63,496 nt of DNA, filler included, from Choristocarpus tenellus KU-1152 (GCA_964200185.2; 9 parts of 9 records of this genome joined end to end with filler, not necessarily neighbours in it), one strand, 5' to 3'; positions 25,663-39,200 are shown, counted from the whole stretch's first letter. Numbers and translations: made by a program. The notes: generated by a model from the letters alone, not told the origin.

Positions 25663-27181
25663 TATGCAACAACCTAATTCATCATCAGAGAGGGTGAAGA
25701 TTAGTCTGAACATTCCCCCAAGACCAAGTACCTCTTGCTCGCTTGGAGTCAGATATGTATTTGCTAACACTGGTGTTGAAAAAAAAATCAATTTCAATTG
25801 ATCTTTGGCATAGTTGAAGTGTATTAGGATCACTGCACCCAAATGTGAGACACCGCGGTGATCCATCCTACAACAATATCTTCAGGTCGTTCAATCCCTC
25901 TATTTGGTAGGTTGACCCCTATTACTAATCACCCTCCATCTGCTGACTGAGGATGGTTGGTATGACAGACCACGTAATGCAGTATGCTATTGAGGATAAA
26001 CTCTGCCATCATACATAATTTTCATCCTTGTTTTGATGTGGTGATCCACAACAGCATCTTTGGCTGCAGCTTGAAGGGGCCATGAACAAACTGGGATGAT
26101 TTTTGGGGACGAGGTGCAATGTATATATATACTTATATCTACTTATATATATATATACTTATATATACTTATATATATATACTTAAAGGGATGATCACTA
26201 TCACGGGCCATACCAGTCCTTAAAAAAGGGGTGGTCACAACCAAACAGAGCTTTGTGGATGTGGGTGCTCAGAGAAGAGTGGACTGGGGACAGTTTCGAG
26301 GTTGTTGACCTTGTTTAGGTTCAACACGGGAAGAATCCTAGTGGTTGGTTGCCTACAGCAACATGGGCGCCCGATCAAAACAGAAGGGCAATCCATTTCA
26401 CCTTAATGACAATAGGGAAATACCCTGCGTCTCATAGAGACGACCTTGTGTCTGATTTGAATAAGATCGGTCACAAAAGGACATGATTTGTGCAACATGC
26501 ATGTGTGTGAACATATGGTCCCAACAATGTCAAGGGGACCCCAACCGGGACCTGTCCCCATCAAATCACCATGTGTTTGGCCTCCATGTCCTTTCCATCA
26601 CTAATTCTAGGGGATCCGACCTGTATCGAGAGGCTGAAGTGAAAAAAAGTAACAGCTCATTAGAGACTCAAATAGTTGATGCTACACCGTCTCATTTTCT
26701 ACACAAGGAGGAAAAGAATCTGGTGGTCAATGCTAGGACTAAAAGGGAAAAGAAGATCTACCAGGTGCTCCACCAGCACAGGATGGGCAAGGGGTGTCTG
26801 TGTCTAGTTCAGAGCTGACAAGCAGACAATAATTAACGGGTCACGGGTCAAAAAATTTACACCCTGAACCACCTCAATTCTTACCAAATGGTTCAACTAC
26901 AATACAAGGAGGCAGCTTCTAGGTAGGTTCGCATGAGAAAGGGGGGGTGTCAGACGATGCTGCATCTACCCGCAGAGCTTACATACAGCAATAACTACAA
27001 CTATCTGTAGTGTTTCACACACCATTATTGGTCGGGGCTTCTTTCTACCTCTGAGTCTGGTCTGTATATTAGCAACAAGACTCCTGGTGGTTGTGTGACC
27101 AAGAGGGAAGACATTACAAAAAAACTGACACAATGTTTACCATCGTTGTATCTGTGGGGCAGCGGATAGGCGGTGGCTCAC

Positions 27182-27734
27182 CTTCGTACTTGCCAGTTGG
27201 GGCCTTCAACTTCAACCCACCCTTCCAATCCATCAGTAAAGCCCGATCCGTCATAATCGCCAAAGCGAGGGTGCCTTTCAATGATGAGAGCCGGTTGCCC
27301 ATTCCGCAGTACAAATAGGGACGCACCACAAGATATCTTGGGGGTCGGACACCATCCATGATATCCTTATGCAACTGGACGTACTCATCAAATACATCTG
27401 TCGCACAGAAACTGGGAATCTTCCCTCTCTCCCAATGCCTATGTCCCACCTATCATTTTTCACAAGAATGTTGTGCGCAGACGATTCAGATGATCGATCA
27501 GCAGAAATGATCGACTGCACCGACCACCTACCTTACCGCGAGGTTCGGCAAGGTAGACCTTTTTCGAGTTTGCGTTTCGTCAGGGAGGCTACATCTGTCC
27601 CTCTCCTCACCCACAACCTTCCCCCAAAGAAATACCTTCTCAATGTTCAGAGATGCCCCGTTTGCATGGATTGCTATAAACAAACCGACCACTTCAAGCC
27701 ACCCCACAATGCGTACAAAATCTATCAACTTCAT
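27182..27734 (-). CDS. Putative fucosyltransferase (GT37/GT23-like), first exons 27734-27537 and 27449-27182
   Basis: N-terminal hydrophobic anchor, 87-nt GT-AG intron in phase, then YVQLHKDIMDGVRPPRYLVVRPYLYCGMGNRLSSLKGTLALAIMTDRALLMDW, matching the GxGNR...A...T.R.LL.DW motif of alpha-fucosyltransferases. Confidence 0.75.
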
Positions 27735-28741
27735 GAGGATACTGCTTAAGGAACTCGCTGCAACTGCACATTCCACATATCTATCTAACGTACCGTACCT
27801 CTACAATCTCCAAACATTCATAAGTATGGTGTGCGCAGTAATACACATTTGCGCGCGGAACTTTTTCCCATTTTCTCACTTCCTTTTTAAATCTGTATCT
27901 TTGGTTGTTCTCATCACCGCCCATCGCACAGAACAACGCCCTGTAATAGTGATACTCACGCCGATCTGTGCGGGGGGTTACCAGAAATGTAGGACCATGC
28001 CAAAATGGTGGACAAGAAGGAAGTGAAACCAATTTCAAAAGTTGAACCTTCTCAGAAAGCCAAGACGACTTCGGGAAATATGGCACCATCGGGAAAACAT
28101 ATGTTGAGAGGAAGGATATTCCAATATCCCGAAACGCGCAGATCCTGAACCCCGTCAAAAGGGCTAATATACGCTTGGTGGTTAGCTTGAACACGAGGGT
28201 GGTGTCCAATACCTAGGTGACAGCCTTCAAAGAAACCCGGACCAGACCCTCTATCAAGCGTCGGTCAAAAATGACGAGTACAAGGAGGACTGGATGTTCG
28301 ATATCCACGACAGTTTCTTCATTCAACTCCGAGTTGTAACTTAAGTCTAACGCAGTTTGGGAGTTGGAAGTGCGGAGGTCAGCCTCACTGCTTCGACCTT
28401 TCCAGCGATAAACCAGCAAGATATGATTAGTATATTGACCCACATTACCCTGACCACATTCCCTGGGGCTATTTACTTGATCCCTTGATCATGATACATC
28501 TTCCTCGGAAGGACCTACCCCTATGGGTTCTGGAGCACAGGATTTGTCCTCTTCCCTTGCTGCCAAGTTTCAAAAATGTGTTTAACTTTTCCCTCACTCG
28601 TGTATCTGCAACAACTGCAAAGAGCATTCGATTGGTCGACTTTTATCGGCGATCAAAGCATGTGCTACCCTGCCAATAATATCTATTATTCCTCCCATGA
28701 TCCTCTGCAGGTTAACATAGAACCGCAGGAGGAGAGAGTGA

Positions 28742-28819
28742 GGGTCAAAGTATCTGGGGGGGGGGGGGTCGGCGTCCGTTTTTCACCCATTTTTCGATTT
28801 TCACTTTTTTGGGATGATT
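28742..28819 (+). mobile_element. MITE family B end at contig edge
   Basis: GGGTCAAAGTATCTGGGGGGG terminus. Confidence 0.7.
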
Positions 28820-28919
28820 NNNNNNNNNNNNNNNNNNNNNNNNNNNNNNNNNNNNNNNNNNNNTTAATTAATTAANNNNNNNNNNNNNNNNNNNNNNNNN
28901 NNNNNNNNNNNNNNNNNNN

Positions 28920-28975
28920 ACGCGATTTTGGGGTGGGGGGGGTGCCGGGGGTTCCCTTCCCTTTTTTTAAAAACC

Positions 28976-29008
<33 letters not shown>

Positions 29009-29022
29009 AGATACTTTGACCC
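28920..29022 (-). mobile_element. MITE family B end at contig edge
   Basis: poly-C followed by CAGATACTTTGACCC. Confidence 0.7.
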
Positions 29023-29883
29023 ATTTTAAGTTCAATTTACAGCAGAATAAAAACTTCGTGCAATGCCTGGATATGTTTTGCCGTCAGAGGTATTCAATAC
29101 ATTTATCTACTGTACAAAATATACCTTCAACCACAAGCGGACAAGATCTATTGTCCAGGACATGGTACAATAATTGCTATCTAGACCGGTGGGACATCGC
29201 ATTTTAACATTCCACCCAACCGCACACATTCACTCGCTCTGTAATTTTCTCTTCCTCCTCAATCACAATACCATTTTCAGCATCATCTACCATGCTCAAA
29301 GCATCTTGTTTTTGTGCCGAATATATTTTTATACTACTGCAATGGTAGAGAACCGATCCAAATTGTTTTGTAGCTGCAAGCAACTTGAACCGATAATCTT
29401 GCCAACGACCGTGAGTTTCCAACGAGGTAGGACCGAAGAGGAGTGACCCGTTCTACTTAAACTTGATTGTCGACCACTGATTCCTCCCCTGGGTTGGTTC
29501 ATCTTGTTGGGAAAAGAGTCAATTTCAATTTGTATCTCCATGCATCTGTGGATGCACTGATCACAACAGGGACGACAGGACTGTTTGGGCTGCTGCGTTA
29601 TCCTATAGGTATAAACGTAAGGAGGGGAGGTTTCACGACTCCCCCTGAGTGTATGTTGCCAACTTGCCAGTCTCTTACCTTTGGCCTATGTTCTCTTAAT
29701 TGCCATAGACTTGACCGATAACACATTCTGCAGTATCATCATTGTTGCAAGTATTCCACTTGGAGTATCCACTGCTCCTTACCACATCTCCAACCATGAT
29801 GATGGTTGTAATGTCCATTATTGCTCCTAACTCATGACAAATGTGATACTGTAAATTCTTCCTTTTTATGCGTACCTCCACAG

Positions 29884-30171
29884 AAACTGAGCGAGCCAAT
29901 GGACGATGAACTCTTCAGGTTGGCATCGGACAAGTTGGATATATTCATAAGTAGGCTTCAGCCAGATTTCTCAGTGTTGAATGATACCCTGGTACATAAC
30001 CTTGAAATGGCGCGAAATGCATGTGGAGATAGTTTTGACAGTGACAAGTACGATGGTGCGTTTGGATGTTTTGGACGTGGAGATTGTCACTTGATATGCC
30101 TTAGAAACTTTGCGACTATGTCTGGACTGCTAGATCGTCCACTCCCAGTAAATATCACAATTTTACCATGA
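29884..30171 (+). CDS. Probable terminal exon, possibly of a galactose-3-O-sulfotransferase-like protein
   Basis: Pyrimidine-rich CCACAG acceptor, 95 open codons to TGA: DDELFRLASDKLDIFISRLQPDF...ARNAC...CFGRGDCHLICL; the D..L(F/Y)..A...LD helix and Cys cluster resemble sulfotransferase C-termini (weak recognition). Confidence 0.4.
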   Translation, partial: KLSEPMDDELFRLASDKLDIFISRLQPDFSVLNDTLVHNLEMARNACGDSFDSDKYDGAFGCFGRGDCHLICLRNFATMSGLLDRPLPVNITILP

Positions 30172-30292
30172 GAGGGTGGAAGTAAGTTTGTTGTGCCCTT
30201 TGTGTATTCGCTTCTTGCATGTAACTGTGCCACATATGACTAGGTGTAGAATACAGTTATGTGTAGCATGCTCTCCTAATTGATAGTTAAAC

Positions 30293-30798
30293 ATTGTAAT
30301 GAAGTTGTTTTGTTGGATGTTGTACCTATAGCAGTTGAAGTTCCAATGTTTGTTTTTTGGTAAATCGTCAGATTTTTAGACGTTTTACGTTTCAAGTTTG
30401 TGTTTCAATCTTTTTTGATTCATCCATATTTTTATGGATGAAGCTTCTAAGTTTGATTTGAGAAATATTATATATTGTTTGAAAGTCGTGATAGTTACAC
30501 TTTGTAGCGAAGTTGGTTTGTTGGATGTTGTACCTATAGCAGTTGAAGCTCCAATATTTGTTTTGGTGTATCATCAGGTTTTCGGCATGTTACGGTTTAA
30601 GTTTGTGTTTCAATCTTTTGGGATTCATCCATATTTCTATGGATGAAGTTTTAGGTTTGATTTGAGAGCGCTTATTTATTTTTTGAAAGTCTTGGACACA
30701 ATTCAGAAGATACCCATGTTCGTAAAATGTTGAATTTTTCACATATTTGTCAGGATCCTTAAAATGGAACTATGATTGCCTCTCCTTTACTTTGACTC
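30293..30798 (+). mobile_element. MITE family C derivative with internal ~209-bp tandem duplication
   Basis: TTGGATGTTGTACCTATAGCAGTTGAAG...TTCATCCATATTT.TATGGATGAAG occurs twice; ends in CCTCTCCTTTACTTTGACTC. Confidence 0.7.
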
Positions 30799-33785
30799 AT
30801 TACTTCTACAAACTCCCTACAACTTTCTCCTCTTCACATTAGTTCAGTTTGTAAGTAATAACACTGCATAATAGGGTGTTTGCACAAAATGAAATTCACT
30901 ATGGTAAAAGTCTTTTGTATTACCCCATCATATAGTATTAGAACTACCATGTTGACATATAATGACATGTAAGACTTTTTAGATTATTTCATTTGTGCAA
31001 ACGCGCTTATGGTTTGGTAATCTATTCATTTTGAAAATATAAAATTAGATGGCATAGAATCTACTATCGTTAGAGTGTCTTATTCTTGAAGGTTGACACA
31101 ACGATCGCTCAGTTTGAGCAGGCAATAAAATAGGATTTGTTGTACTTATCGATGGACACAAGACTGACTGTGGACGCTTGTAATCGTCATCACACACAGC
31201 CATCTTCCAGATTAACTCCAATACGCACTTCTACCTGCAGTCCAACAACATTTATTATCATTGAGGGCATGGTTGGCCCAAAATATTACTCCCAATTTAT
31301 TTGTGTGCTGTCTTGCTGGGCAACGCCCCATGACATCTGAACTACCATTAACAGCTGAGAATTCTGTTGGCCAATTTGAAGGTCAAAGTTGCCTGTAGAG
31401 CGCACAAACACAGACACAGCTCATCCCTGCAACCCAGACAAAGCTCCACTTTGTACCTCCTTGCGGTGATGCTGAAGCACTATGGCTATTACTTACTGGA
31501 GTCTCTCCTCTCTCCCCCCAGGCCAAGATCACACAGTCAACTTCCTGTTATGATCCTCCCACTGTTCCTTTCCTCCTGGTACTGCTGGAGCACAGCGACT
31601 ACTACCTCTTGAAGTTTTCTCTCTTATGTCCTCTGTGGCACGCCCCCCCTTCGTTTACCCATATTATATTATGACAAACAGCAGTACTCCGAGGAGGCTG
31701 TTGCAAGTGAGAGACAGGAGAACATAACAGGATTATCCCTGCGCAGCATCTTTGTAAAATGTTCATGTGAGTGTGTAATTCTCGAGATGGATGTACTTCT
31801 GTTGCCAAATCATGAAGAAATCATTGCAACATGAGCGTGGAGATGAAGCACGTAAGAGGATGCGGTTTTGAGTGACAATTAGGAAAGAAAGAAAGAGCGT
31901 CTATGACACATGTAAGTCTGATGCACAGACACGAACACCTCAACACAAATGGGGCGCAGTTTTACACTCCCACCTCAGTCCCTTGGATCCCACAGCTCCA
32001 ACGGACAACATCATCCACGCTTTGGAAGGTCTATTGATGGGAAGTCTTTTCGCCTGGATTTACCCCCATAGATCTTGAACGATACCCTTCATATAGTTCA
32101 TTTTGAGCGGCAGGAAGCAGGCTACAATATTAAGTTACATTGGGGCGATTGCTACAAACCCACATACTGGTACATTATGAGGAACCTCGTGAAACCAGCA
32201 ACAGTGACTTTAGGCGAAGGAGCAAAATTTGTCAGATTGATAACTTGAGGGTACCGAGTGCAAACCAAGTCAATTATCCTGGAGGGACAAATCGTCTATC
32301 ATGTGTGTGGCACTGGGATCAAGTAAACCTAGGTACACTCAAACGATACCTCTGGGGTAGTATAGTAGAAAAGTGAATTGGTCATGTGACTCGGAGCTGT
32401 GTGAAGTAGGGAGGGTGTTGTACTTACAATAAAGAGGTTGCTAGTTTCTTTATTGCCTACCCGCACTAAATGACTTTCTGTGCAGGAATATGAATTTCGA
32501 AATAAATCTTAGTGACGATTTAAGACGTGACAAAAGTGAGCTCACCAGCCTACATCCCACATGACAGTACCCTAAAAACACACAAAGAAAATTACAGTCA
32601 AGTAGTTGCTATCTTGACAAGGATGCACATCCCAGGGGGTCCCAAGATGGTTTCCCCTAGCTCTGGTCTGACTCCTCTGAAGTCGAGTGTGGTACAATAC
32701 CTTGATTGATATTGTAGGATAAGAGCTTTTTATTTGATAAATTAGACTGGATGCTTTAAATTCAGAGTTGCTAATTGAAACCCAGAGTGAGATTTCCTAG
32801 AGATATATTTTTTATCATTCTGTTCTGTGAGGGGGAACAAATAGGGATTTTCACATACATAGTGTACTTTGTTACTGGTGAAACCTTCATATTAGCCCCA
32901 ATCTACCGCCATGTCTTCCGAGTAAGCTCACTCTGTTAGCATTCTAAAACCTATAAAGAGTTGTATGCTGTCCAAGTATTCTACCTCACTCTATTTGTTG
33001 TATGACTAGTGCTTCAGACGGGATACTAATGCTCGAATGAGGAAGGAGGGGAGGAATGGAATTTAGTAATCGTGTAAAATTCTTGATCCAAGATATGTCT
33101 TTAATAACTTGAACAATCAACATCTGAGGAGTTTCATGCTACAAGAATTCTTCTAGATGCAAACGGTCACCAAAGCATTGTGCTCCCATTCTGGAAAGAT
33201 CTATGCTATATAAATCAACGTAATTTTATTTCGGAATAACTCACTCTTCAGGGAAGAATAGATCTGTTTCAGTTCTTTTAGAAACCTCTTCGTTCCACTA
33301 AATTCTTTGTGTTATTTATGAAACACACAATTCTACATCAATGCCCCAACTCCGCAATCTGAAAGAGACGAGTATATATTCGTGGAGGAATGTGTCCGTA
33401 GCATCGAAGACGCTGCATGAATGACCACGCTATAACACGACAAAAAAATGCCATCGCAATGTCTATGAATCAATGGTGGAACAACAACTTCTGTTGTAAA
33501 ACGCGCGTGCATATTTAATCCAAATGTTGAAGTTATATTCACCCTAAATAATTAGTCACAAAGAGCAGTAAAGACAATATTTTTTAAAGATATAATTGAA
33601 AGACATCGATAGTAATGGCGACACAAGATGAAAGAGTAGCAAACATCTACGAGAATAACTTGAAAAAAAATCACAAACCAAACATAATGCATGAAAAAGC
33701 ATCCCCATATCCATATGCCACTACTTCTCGAGCACAAGAGATCACGTTGGAAATATTTACAAGGTGAATGAAGGAAAACGCCACA

Positions 33786-33910
33786 GAGTCCAAGTAAACG
33801 AGAGGTACCCAGGGTTGCATTCTAAGGATGCTGACAAATATGTGCAAAGTTCGATTTTTTTTACAAATGTGCCTAGGATATTTTCTGAATTGTGTCGAAA
33901 ATTTTCGATA
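33786..33910 (-). mobile_element. MITE family C end fragment
   Basis: GAGTCCAAGTAAACGAGAGGTACCCAGGGTTGCATTCTAAGGATGCTGACAAAT is a reverse-complement match to the ends at 25662 and 30798. Confidence 0.65.
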
Positions 33911-33969
33911 GCCTAGATCAAGGGCTTTCGTTGGGCAACCTTTTCAAATAAATCAAGATTGGTCACCGC

Positions 33970-34290
33970 TAAAACAGGACGTGGGCTAACCTCGACTTAG
34001 TACTGTTCAAGCCACTCACAGGAGACGATTCTGGTTGAGCGTCTTGGAGGACATTGCTTGATGCTTCCAAAGTACCACTGTGAATTGAACCTGATAGATA
34101 TGGTCTAGGAGCGGGCGAAGCACTATGTACGAGGTCACTGTGACTACACTTTGCCTGGAGTGAAAGCCAACATTCCTGTCAAGTCTTGAGGAGGAAGGGG
34201 GGCTGTCCGGAGAAGTTGTGGAGAGGTTCTTCAGGTTGAGTATTGCTTACCACCTGAATATTCCAACGAGAAATGTGTGGAGTGCACCAA
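33970..34290 (+). pseudogene. Degenerate IS630/Tc1/mariner-type transposase, C-terminus
   Basis: ETILVERLGGHCLMLPKYHCELNLIDMV*ERAKHYVRGHCDYTLPGVKANIP...VVERFFR matches the GH..(F)LPKFHCELNPIE.VW..AK.Y.R.HCDY motif. Confidence 0.8.
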
Positions 34291-35793
34291 ATTGGACAGG
34301 GTATACAAGACATTTAAGTCTCTCAGTAGGCCTGCACCTTCAGAATACCTCATTTGACTTGGCATGGATTGTCTCGTTCAGAGGCCTTGGCCCCCATGAG
34401 TGAGCCTTAGCCACTAGGTGACAACATCGCATAAACGGGAAATAACGGAAAGAGAATATGGAGACAACGACGCCCATGTTCTTTGGGTGAAGATGACCTC
34501 TTCAGGCGTCACAATAATCCTTAAATGTGCGGTTCGCGCGGACTACTTGACTTGAGTATGGTATTTCTCACGATTACTGCAAGTTGACCAACCGAGACCC
34601 ATCAAATAAGGTTAAGCTTGCTGATGCGATCACAGCAAACGAATTTTCATGAAAAAAATGTTGTTCATCAAAAGTTATGCCACAACAAAGTTTATGTAGA
34701 AGGCGACTACCAACACTGTATTACAATTGCGATACCATTTGAAAACCACAGGTTATAAGCTGAAACCGTTGATTTTCTTTCGTTTGTTTCCAAGTGAGGA
34801 GGACACAGGTATATACCCAAACCTGCGGCTATTATATATATTCAACATTTGCATTGTGGTCCTTGTCCGACTGGTATGCGATTTAGTCCGCGCCTGGTCG
34901 AATGAGTCGCTCCGACGGTGGCAACGAGGTGAAAGTTCGAAGAAGTACTCCTAAGGGGCTTACCTTTGTATGTTCGACTAATAGCTGCCTCTCTCCTTAG
35001 GGTAGGAGACTATATCGTTTTACATAGTTCTCGGATATAGGGAAGGAAGTCCTGATAACCATGTGAAGGTGCCAACAGGTCGGCGAGGACTAATTTATAA
35101 GTGCACTCATGAGCAATCGATCTACTACCGCTATATGTACAAGGATATGTGTGTGTGGAATGAAGTATGGACTGGAAGGAGAGGTGCAGGAAGTATGAGA
35201 GACACAGAGTGGCCTACGCGATTAGTTGAATTCTTCTTCGATTTTTTTACTAGCCCATCAAGTGGGATACAGGGCATCAGAACCCCTGATGTCAAGGCAG
35301 AAATAGATTTTCCACAGAAAAGATTAGTACAACCACCCACTTGCCAGCCCCAGAATTCCCCGGGTAGGGATTTATCGGCACTGTCAACATCCAATGCGCC
35401 TTATGCAATTTGAATTTGCATCGATTGCCATCGTGTTAGAAAGAGTACAACGTACGAAGTGCTTGCTACATACAAAGAAGTTAGTCATCGCATGTCGTGC
35501 AGAACGTCACATATGTGTCAATTCTCGGCAATAAAGCAACCGCCGATGCTGCCCAGATCACCTGCACCTCGAGAAATGACCTACTGTATTAGATCCAACG
35601 AATATCTGCATTGAATCTAAGGTACAGCAACTATTACATATAGAAGGGTCTTCGTTGTGAGCAATACAGAAGATGTTGCTGCGTTTGCTGCGTTCTCTCC
35701 CATGCTGCCCCCTCTCCCACGGAAACAACTTCAGAAAGTCGGCTGAAAAAAAAGAGTATAATCTTAAGCTAAAAGCTCCCGCCTTTGAATTCT

Positions 35794-36048
35794 GAGCCCA
35801 AGCATTTAAGAGGGTAGGAGTTTTTCTCTTTTTGTCCGTTCAGGGCTTGGCTTCCCACGGGATTTCTATGCCCCTTTTCGGTTTTCTGTGTGAACAGTTA
35901 CCTAGAATTTATGCGACAATGAAAGGTGTGTCCGGAGCAAGGATTTGACACTTGTTAACAAACACGATAGCCAAAATTCATCAAAATCACAATATTGGAT
36001 TCATAATCCTGAACGGACACGGCCCTAACCTCTTAAATGCTTTGGGTC
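35794..36048 (+). mobile_element. MITE family A, divergent subfamily copy
   Basis: TIRs GAGCCCAAGCATTTAAGAGGGTAG / CTAACCTCTTAAATGCTTTGGGTC; interior homologous to family A. Confidence 0.8.
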
Positions 36049-36284
36049 AGTCTTTATGAACCGTAGGCATGCACATACTCACTACAAACCACTGATGAGC
36101 GCATTGTAAAATATATTCCCTGCCAACTCTCATAAGAGCACACATAGATCAGTGATGAGGCAGCATTTGTGAAAAATATAGCAGTAGGAAAAGTCCAATT
36201 TCTTGTTCCCCAAACATGGTAGTGATTGGTATTTCTATGGAGCTCACTATTGCTAAAACTGGGTTGTTCTCAATGCTCCAGCAG

Positions 36285-39200
36285 GTTGAGGAAGAGGAAG
36301 GCAAGGATTCTGGAGGTTGGTGTCTGATGGAGAGGGCTGCAAAATTCTGCGAATCTGACCGTTTCAGGGGAGAACTGAATGCTTTCGCTCGGTGCGTGAA
36401 AGTAGGAAGGACTCCAAAACTCTTTACTTGCTGAGTCTCTAGACGTGATGGGGTAGTGCATAGAAACTATCGTGTACCTGTACTAGTACAGAGCAATTGC
36501 AGGTATCTTGCAATCCTTGAGGAACAGTTGTTCTACTAGTCTTTTTTGTGCCTCAATATACCTTGAACTTAGACAAGGAAGACACCACATATTATAATGT
36601 GGGGCCTACCTAAAAATGGTGGTCATGAGTACTCAGGCCGTTTTCTTCTTGAAGAAAAATTGAAACGTTATTCTCCCCCTCCTCAAATGTCAGTTTCCCA
36701 TCACATCACTTCTTCTCTGTGAATTTGGGCAATACAAAACCTCAGCTCTACTTTGATCTACATAAGGAGTAAATACTTTACTCTGCATACCACATCAACA
36801 CACAAAATGTAATTGCAAGCATTTGAACTTTGCAAGAAAGTAATCGTGGCTCCCTGGAACCCACAACAATTGATTTCTTCTATTGACAAGTTTGTGTGAA
36901 GTACCTATTTACATTAACTCGAGAGGATTTCTCTTGCAATAAAGAACAATCCTTGAACTTTGTAGTGACACTGCAGAAGTTTTGAATTACTTTGTTATAT
37001 TGTGGTAGAAAGAAAGGCAAATTTAAACCATAGGGACTACATTTTTTGGCAGTGGAATACCTGTCCTACTGAGAACACTCACTGAGTTACCTGTAAGGTC
37101 AAGATTATTGTCAGAACAGAATTCTTTTGTACCAAATTTTCAGGGCTAGGTGTATGCCAGCAACTCAGATTTCGTTTTTTTTCCTCTCTGTCCACCTCAA
37201 GTAAACTATACCATACCCAAACTAAACTATCTGAGCGCTGTTTATGCGGGAAAATATGCGCTCACTTCCCAATGAAGAGAGCATGCAAATGACTTTGTGG
37301 ATGCTGCTGAAGAAGAGGAGAAGCTAGGAGAGCACACCCATCGGATAAGGTTGGCAGCTTCCTAGATTCTAGGTTAATTCATTTTGATAGGTAGGCCACT
37401 TTTTTTGGCGAGGAAGATTAGATAATGACAAAAAATGCGCACTGAGTAAAAAAAAATGAGAGGCATCCATTGTTGCAAATTGAGGATGTAGACAAAAACA
37501 TTAAAAATTCGTCTATTTTTACAAATGCGTATAGGATATTTTCTGAATTGTGTCAAAATATTTCAAAACAGTAGAGAAATCAACTTCTCAAGTCAAACCA
37601 AGCACTTCATCCATAGAAACATGGGTGAATTGCGAAAGATTAAAAAGCTGGTTAAATATGCAAGATGGCTAATATCTGGGTACATCTATTCACTTTGGCT
37701 CAGTAGGCAACCACAACAGGAAATCAATGGCTTTGCTTCTAAAGTGAAAAGAGCTTGTATTTTGAGGAGCACTGATTGCACTTAGTATTGATTTTCCCTT
37801 ATGTGCAGAAGTATTCCCTCGCAGGGATTCCATCTGATTGTGGGCTATGCTCAGTCTCCCCCTAAGGACTTGGAAGACACTTTGGTGCAGGTGCCATTGC
37901 TACACAGTTGTAGGTGCTGCTAGATATTTCACTGAGGACATTGCAACTTTTAACAGACACCCACACTGACCCTAAATTGGGACTGACCTGCCTCAAGTAT
38001 ATGAAATGTATGACACAGATGAAGACCAATTCAATGATGTGGTTGTGTATGGCATGGTTATACCACAGAAATGGTTTGCAGAAGAAGTTCGGGCGGATGA
38101 GGGCGGGCTGATGCATGGGCAGTATATCCATTGCCTGCATAGATTTGTTACATACCCTGGAGTAAAGTTTCTCTGCCCAAACCCATAACATGTATATATG
38201 TGATATATCGATCAAGTCAAGGTCGTTTAAATCAAGTCAAGGTCCCCCCCTCACCTATGCCTGCTATGGGAGTTAGGGTTCAGGCTCAGGCTAAGGTTGG
38301 TCAAAGAGATCCATCCGAATTATTGATGTACTAACTCCTTCTGATGATGTCAGTGTCAGCAGGTTGGTTCCAGTTCCTGTTTGTGTGAATGTAACCAGTA
38401 TGATCCCCAGCACTCTTTCGCTCCACTCGTCCAAGGGCAATCTTTACCAAACCTATTTCATCACCAATTCCTTCTTCTTTTGATCAATAAATGTCAATCA
38501 CTCTGTCAATTACGCGACAATTTACTCTTCTTGTACAATTTCTTTCTACTTTTAACTTGTATGTACTTGATCGAAAGTACGGTTACAATTATTCAGTTCA
38601 AAATCACACACAGTGTCAATAGGACAAAACGCAAGACACTTTTAAATGGTAGGGCCCCTAGTTGGGTATTTTCTAGGATTGCCTGATGGACCACGCTCAA
38701 CATGAATATTCTAAGTCTATCTCCATGATTCCTTGAGGTGATTACCTGAAGAATTGTGAGAAGCAGTTGCTACTTGTGGTTGAGACACGACAGATATCGC
38801 TTGGACTAAAACGGTTTACAGGACTTAGCAACCTCATCCCTTTGCAATATCTGAAATGTTGGCAAAAGGCGGGTGTCTTTTCAGCTCTGTCCCTTACTCC
38901 GAGTTTAACATCAGTATGAAGAGTCGTCAGATTAGGTGGGGAAAAGGAGGGTTTCAGATCAATGAGGCAGAAATTTTGAAATAATTCCATTATTTGTGAC
39001 GCAGAGGATGATAAATTGCTTTTGATAATGTGGAAGACAACAAATTAGCATTGTTCGCAAGTCGCCAACATTAAGGCTACATCCTGGTTTTAATACAGCA
39101 TGTGTTCAAAGGGCGCATACCCCTACAAATTTAGACTATAGACTGTGAAAGAATTGGGCATATGAGTTTGACTGTTGGGAATACTCTTCAAGTCTTTCAT

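Noticed and set aside
27182-30171. Fucosyltransferase plus sulfotransferase as a biosynthetic gene cluster
   Set aside because: Separated by an artificial contig spacer with non-matching flanks
31100-33300. Possible LINE or other coding remnant
   Set aside because: No recognisable motif in any frame
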